Shown: positions 59,296 through 64,000 of the stretch, in pieces
How the letters are laid out: every line of letters starts with the position of its first letter
Numbering within the stretch: the stretch's first letter is position 1
Origin: an uncultured delta proteobacterium
Lineage (GTDB): Bacteria > Myxococcota_A > Polyangia > Polyangiales > Polyangiaceae
Direction: 5' to 3'
Length of the DNA: 64,000 bases
Assembly: GCA_963782055.1 (NCBI GenBank)
Contig: CAWAIF010000003.1
Coordinates: 1,984,001 to 2,048,000, forward strand
Translations under genes and position numbers: made by a program
Notes under the pieces: generated by a model
Told to the model about the DNA's origin: nothing
What the model saw: only the letters and a program-made list of their open reading frames with translations
Database searches by the model: none

Positions 59296-61194
59296 TCAGC
59301 GCACGCGGCCGTTGGCAAGATGCAACGACACGTGCTTGCCGTTGGCGAGGGTGAGCGCGGCGTTTCCCGTCTTGACCGTCAGGGGCGCGCAGCTCGCGTC
59401 GGACTTGCCCATCCTGGTCGGGACGATCGCCTCCGGCAGCTTGACCTCGGCGGGCAGCTTGGCGGTCCACTTCAGCTTGCCGGTGACGGTCGACCAGGCC
59501 GAGGCCTGCTTCCCGGACACCAGCGCCACGACGCCCGTGTCGCAGGCCATACCCATCCGCAGCGGCGAGGCGACCGTCGTGTCGTCGGGGGGCCACACCG
59601 CCCCGGCGTGCGGCGCGGTGGTGTAGTGGTTGCTCATCGTCATGAAGCCCTGCAGCGACGACACGTTCAGGTGCCACGGGTCGGTCTGATCGGAGGCCGG
59701 CCCGGCGAAGGCCACGCGGATCTGCGGCGCCGTCTGCCCGTCCCCACCGAACACGCAGTGGCACGTCGCGACCTCGACGGCCTGCGGTGCCCGCGGCTTG
59801 GGCTTGCTCGTGGACGTGTCGTGCGTGCTCCTCGCGCTCGTCTTCGTGCGCTTCGAGGATGAGGAGGTGCTGTGACCCGCCCGCGTCAGGAAGAAGGCGC
59901 CGCCGGCGCCCGCCATCACCAGGATCGCCGAGAGCGCCTGGATCGCCGGAGCGCCGCCGCCAGGCTTCTTGCGCGGCCGGACGGGCCGGTCGTAGGTGGG
60001 GTTGTAGGTCGGCTTGTACGGCGCCGACGCCGCCGACGGACCCGGCGCGTACGGGTTGGGCGCCGACCGCTGCGCCTGCGCCGCGATCTCCGCCAGCTTC
60101 TTGCGCGCCCAGCTCGGCGCGCGAAAGGCGACCCAGAACGCGGGCGCGCCCACCGTGCTCGCCGCGGCTGCGCCTCGCGGCGCCACGTGCGAGGGCAGCA
60201 GGGAGGCCACCCCACAGTACGTGCATCGTGTCAGGCGCCCGCCGTCCGTCGCGGGCTGCAACGGCGAGCCGCACTGCGGGCACATCACGGCGAGCGCCGC
60301 CGTCCCCGCCTGCGCCTCGACGCGCGCCGCCTGCCGGCCCTCGACGTGCTCCGGCGCGACGACGCCCACCACGTCGGGGCAGGCGCCGAGCGCGTCGCCG
60401 GGCGCGACGTGCGTCTCGTCCAGCCCGCACTGCGCGCAGTGAAGCTTGATGCGCCCGCGGTCGAGCGTCGTGGCCTGGAGCGCGACGTGGCACGTGGGGC
60501 AGATCGGATGGCCCGGCGTCATGCGCGCCGACATGATGCACGTCTTCACGCCCGCGCCGGTCATCGCCATCCCGCTGGAGTTGAGCTCCAGACCCGTCTG
60601 GGTCACCCCCACCTTGGGCAGCACCACCGTCCGCACGAGCACCAGCGGCTCGTCGTCGTCATCGCTGTCGTCCGCAGCCCGCGGCGCCTCGAAGGTGGGA
60701 AACACGCCCGCGCGCGCCCAGTAGGCGTCGCCCGCCGCGGAGGCGAGCGGGAGCACCTTCTCCTCCCAGAGGTCCTCGTCGAACATGCGCTCCTGCCCGC
60801 AGGAGGTGCAGAAGAACCGGCCCTGGACGTCCAGATGATCGAGCGGCGACTTGTTCCCGCACTGCTGGCACCCGAGCAGGACGCGCAGCTGCATCCAGTG
60901 GATCCCATCGGCCGGCGCCGGCGCACCGAGCGGTGCTCCCTGGGTGCCGCACGCGCTGCAAGCGCCGCCGAGGAGCGCCGCGCCGCACGTCGCACAGAGC
61001 TGGGCGGCGCCGGAGGAGGCCTGCGGCGCTGCCGGAGCCGGCGCGCCGTACGGGGACGGGCTGGCCTGGGGCGCGGTTGGAGCCTGCGGCGCGGTGCCCC
61101 ATGCGGGCGCGGCGGGAGCGTCGAAGGTCTGGCCGCAGCTCGCGCAGAAGCGCGCGCCGGGAGTGTTGGGTTTCCCACACGACGTGCAGAACAT
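59296..61194 (-). CDS. Multi zinc-ribbon membrane protein
   Basis: About ten CxxC pairs, one TM segment, C-terminal beta domain. Confidence 0.8.
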   Translation of the reverse strand: MFCTSCGKPNTPGARFCASCGQTFDAPAAPAWGTAPQAPTAPQASPSPYGAPAPAAPQASSGAAQLCATCGAALLGGACSACGTQGAPLGAPAPADGIHWMQLRVLLGCQQCGNKSPLDHLDVQGRFFCTSCGQERMFDEDLWEEKVLPLASAAGDAYWARAGVFPTFEAPRAADDSDDDDEPLVLVRTVVLPKVGVTQTGLELNSSGMAMTGAGVKTCIMSARMTPGHPICPTCHVALQATTLDRGRIKLHCAQCGLDETHVAPGDALGACPDVVGVVAPEHVEGRQAARVEAQAGTAALAVMCPQCGSPLQPATDGGRLTRCTYCGVASLLPSHVAPRGAAAASTVGAPAFWVAFRAPSWARKKLAEIAAQAQRSAPNPYAPGPSAASAPYKPTYNPTYDRPVRPRKKPGGGAPAIQALSAILVMAGAGGAFFLTRAGHSTSSSSKRTKTSARSTHDTSTSKPKPRAPQAVEVATCHCVFGGDGQTAPQIRVAFAGPASDQTDPWHLNVSSLQGFMTMSNHYTTAPHAGAVWPPDDTTVASPLRMGMACDTGVVALVSGKQASAWSTVTGKLKWTAKLPAEVKLPEAIVPTRMGKSDASCAPLTVKTGNAALTLANGKHVSLHLANGRVR

Positions 61195-61272
61195 TCGCTG
61201 AGGCTATCCGCCCCGCAGACCGGGTGCAACGACGTCCCGCCTTCGCCGCCGGTGTTGGAGTAAATGGCTCGC

Positions 61273-62061
61273 ATGGCCCACACCTTCATCGTCACCGGCG
61301 CCTCCGCCGGCATCGGCGCTGCCGTCGCGTACGCCTACGCCTCCCGTGGGGACAACGTCGTGCTCGCGTCCCGCGACGAGCAGGCCCTCTCGCAGCTCGC
61401 CGAGCGGTGCGAGCGGGCAGGGGGCAAGGCCCTGGTGGTCCGCACCGACGTCACCGACCCCGCGCAGTGCAAGGCGCTCGTCGACCGGACGCTGGAGCGC
61501 TTCGGCGGCGTCGACGTCCTCGTCAACAACGCGGGCATCAGCATGTGGGCGCGCTTCGACGAGATCACCGACCTGTCGATCTTCGAGCGCATCATGCGGG
61601 TCAACTACCTGGGCACGGTGTACTGCACCTACCACGCGCGGGCCGCGCTGGAGCGCTCGCATGGGCTCATCGTCGGCATCTCGTCGCTCACCGGCAAGAC
61701 CGGCGTGCCCACGCGCTCCGCCTACGCCGCCAGCAAGCACGCCATGCAGGGCTTCCTCGACTCCATCCGCATCGAGCTCCGGCCCCGCGGCGTCGACGTG
61801 CTCGTCGTCTCGCCAGGCTTCGTCAAGACCGACATCCGCGCGCGCGTGCTCGGCCCGGACGGCAAGCCGCTCGCCGCGAGCCCGCGCGACGAGAGCAAGG
61901 ACACGATGAGCGTCGAGGAGTGCACCGACATCATCGTGCGCGCCATCGACACGCGGAAGCGCGAGGTGGTGATGACCCCGCGCGCGAAGCTGGGGCTGTG
62001 GGTCAAGCTGGTGGCGCCGGGCCTGGTGGATCGCCTCGCCGAGCGCGCGGTCAGGACGTAG
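61273..62061 (+). CDS. Short-chain dehydrogenase/reductase
   Basis: TGASAGIG, NNAG, YAASK. Confidence 0.93.
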   Translation: MAHTFIVTGASAGIGAAVAYAYASRGDNVVLASRDEQALSQLAERCERAGGKALVVRTDVTDPAQCKALVDRTLERFGGVDVLVNNAGISMWARFDEITDLSIFERIMRVNYLGTVYCTYHARAALERSHGLIVGISSLTGKTGVPTRSAYAASKHAMQGFLDSIRIELRPRGVDVLVVSPGFVKTDIRARVLGPDGKPLAASPRDESKDTMSVEECTDIIVRAIDTRKREVVMTPRAKLGLWVKLVAPGLVDRLAERAVRT

Positions 62062-62068
62062 GCGGCCC

Positions 62069-62611
62069 TCAGCCGGCGCTGCGTCGAGCCGAGGCGGGCG
62101 GGGTCGACGCGGCGTGCAGCATGCGGTCGGCGAGGTCGATGCGCGCGGCGAGCTCGGTCGCGGCGCGCGCCGCGCCGCCATCCAGGTTGCGCAGGATGGC
62201 GACCGTCTCCGCACCCTCCCGCTCCACGCCCATGAGCAGTCGCATCGACGACTCCTCCGCCGCGAGCTCCAGCGCCACGCGCCGCTGCGCGCCCTCGTAG
62301 GCGAAGGCGCACGCGAGCGCGCTCGCCACGCCGGTCATCCACTCGGCGCAGGCCTCCAGCCACGTGCGCGTGACGTGCGGACAGCCGAGGTCGCGCGTCC
62401 ACTTCTCCACGTCCGCCGCCGCGCGCTCCACCAGCGCGAGGGTCGTCACGATGCCGGTGTCGGCCCTGGTGCCATGCTCGCGGACGGTCTCCTCCACGCC
62501 CTGCAGCGCGAGGGCCATCTCCGCGCGGCAACCGACCGAGACGCGGAGGCGGGTCTGTGAGCGAGGCTCGGGCGCCCGCGGGGGCGTGTCCCGTGAAGCA
62601 AGCTTGTCCAT
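62069..62611 (-). CDS. Hypothetical helical protein
   Basis: ATG preceded by sigma54-like TGGTCCGGCGATTGCA (62624-62639). Confidence 0.55.
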   Translation of the reverse strand: MDKLASRDTPPRAPEPRSQTRLRVSVGCRAEMALALQGVEETVREHGTRADTGIVTTLALVERAAADVEKWTRDLGCPHVTRTWLEACAEWMTGVASALACAFAYEGAQRRVALELAAEESSMRLLMGVEREGAETVAILRNLDGGAARAATELAARIDLADRMLHAASTPPASARRSAG

Positions 62612-62736
62612 GCCCGGGGTTTCTGCAATCGCCGGACCAGCCACGAGATCGTTCGTGAATCCGGCGCCGAGGCGGGCGATCGTGAAAACCTGGTTGCTCG
62701 ATCTCGAAAAAAGTTGCGAGGTCCCCCCGGGAAGAC

Positions 62737-64000
62737 TCACCGCGTCACGCGCGCCAGCTCCCGCTCCAGGATGCGCCGCACGATGGCGATGGCGCAGGAG
62801 TAGGTGCTGTCCACGCCGAAGTAGCTCAGGCTCTTGGAGAGGAGCGACTGCCTGCGGGAGTACGGCGTGTCGCTCGCGTAGTGGAGCAGCCCGAGCTCGA
62901 AGGGCGCGCGGCCGGCGAGGTTGACGATCTCGTTGGTGCTCACCCGCGTCGGGCTCGCCAGCTCGTAGGTCGCCGAGAGGAAGGGACCGGCCTCCATCTC
63001 CAGCACGGTGTAGCCGTCCCGGTAGAAGGCGTTCATGTAGTGCTTGTTCTGCAGGAAGGCGCTGCGCACGGTGAGCGCGGCCTGGTTGTCGAAGACGCTG
63101 CCGTGGCGCAGGTACGGCTGTACGTCCTTCGCCGAGAAGGCGTTCTCGAAGAGGAAGGTGTTGCGCGTGTGCTCGTCGAACACCACGCCGGGGAGCATGA
63201 CGTCGCCCACCCGCCCGTTCAGCGTCGCGGCCTTGCCCATGACGTAGATGCCCCGGAGCTCCCCCACGCCCTGGCCCAGGCGCGAGAGCAGGTGATACGC
63301 CGCCATGCCCAGCGGGTAGTCGATGTTGACGATCAGCGCGTCGCTCCGCGTGAGGCGCTCCAGGCCCGGCACGAGGAGGCGCGGGTCGAGGCGCGCAGGG
63401 TCCAGCTTGCCGAGGTCGACGATCTGCACGTCGACGTCGATGTGCCCCGGCTCGGAGAGGTGCGCGAGCCCCGACTCCGCCTCGAAGGCGCGGACCTGCC
63501 GCATGCGCGCCCCGGTCTTGTCGTGGTGGATGTACCCGCGCAGCAGGTAGTGGAGCAGCCCGGCGTGGGCCGCCTCGTCGCCGCCGGCGATCGCCTGCTC
63601 CAGGTCCGGCCAGAGGCCCTCCGGGTTGCACTCCTTCGCCCACGCCGCGATGGGCCCCGCGTGCGTCCACGCGTAGCCGCCGACCAGGTTGGCGATGGCG
63701 TGCGTGTTGGACGAGACGAAGTAGACAGGCGCGCGGCGCGGCGGCGAGGAGCGCAGGTACTCCGGCTCGATGCCGCTCCACCACCGCTGCGCCACGCGCT
63801 GGTACTGCGAGTAGCTGGACGCGAGCATCTGGACCGAGAGGTCGGAGTCGCGCTCGCGCACCCGCGCGATGCCGCGCGCGTAGTCGCCGCCGAAGGCGTC
63901 CTTGAGCGTGCGCATCGCCGTCTCGTCCAGCCCGAGCACCCGCGCGACGTGGGGGTCGTCGAGCTCGCCGGGCTCCGCGCGCAGACGCGCGTGCATCTTG
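62737..64000 (-). CDS. Conserved hypothetical protein, 5' end outside the window (nucleoside-phosphorylase-like fold possible)
   Basis: MGKAA, GDV, LEMEAGP, YASD. Confidence 0.75.
   Translation of the reverse strand, partial: KMHARLRAEPGELDDPHVARVLGLDETAMRTLKDAFGGDYARGIARVRERDSDLSVQMLASSYSQYQRVAQRWWSGIEPEYLRSSPPRRAPVYFVSSNTHAIANLVGGYAWTHAGPIAAWAKECNPEGLWPDLEQAIAGGDEAAHAGLLHYLLRGYIHHDKTGARMRQVRAFEAESGLAHLSEPGHIDVDVQIVDLGKLDPARLDPRLLVPGLERLTRSDALIVNIDYPLGMAAYHLLSRLGQGVGELRGIYVMGKAATLNGRVGDVMLPGVVFDEHTRNTFLFENAFSAKDVQPYLRHGSVFDNQAALTVRSAFLQNKHYMNAFYRDGYTVLEMEAGPFLSATYELASPTRVSTNEIVNLAGRAPFELGLLHYASDTPYSRRQSLLSKSLSYFGVDSTYSCAIAIVRRILERELARVTR

Overview
This is very GC-rich bacterial DNA with a myxobacterial (Polyangiaceae/Sorangiineae-like) gene repertoire: Cys-rich lipoproteins, Ser/Thr kinases and a kinase-sigma54 activator fusion. 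The taxonomy is inferred from gene content only. The main result is two apparently identical 2037-nt group II introns (8870-10906 and 18624-20660), each inserted immediately after the ATG start codon of an unrelated gene. The intron starts with canonical GTGCG but appears to end in ATG instead of AY. Three features support that end: the branch-A spacing, a compensatory C at the gamma position, and reading-frame restoration on splicing. Its putative EBS1 is CAUG, its domain VI carries a Shine-Dalgarno before the terminal ATG, and its RT ORF is open in frame from the host ATG. Both hosts look leaderless or near-leaderless. The element therefore seems to take over the host start codon and return a new RBS+ATG to the interrupted gene. 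Other content: a candidate ~290-nt structured RNA, many leaderless-type sigma70 and sigma54 promoters, an uncharacterised ATP-grasp/YbdK/amidotransferase/esterase/S8 peptide-ligase cluster, and two MarR-like paralogues with matching sigma54/enhancer architecture. Also present are an atypical Rieske/cytochrome b-c pair, a box (benzoyl-CoA) cluster without boxA, ABC transporters and tRNA-Ala(GGC). All calls come from reading motifs by eye; no searches were run.
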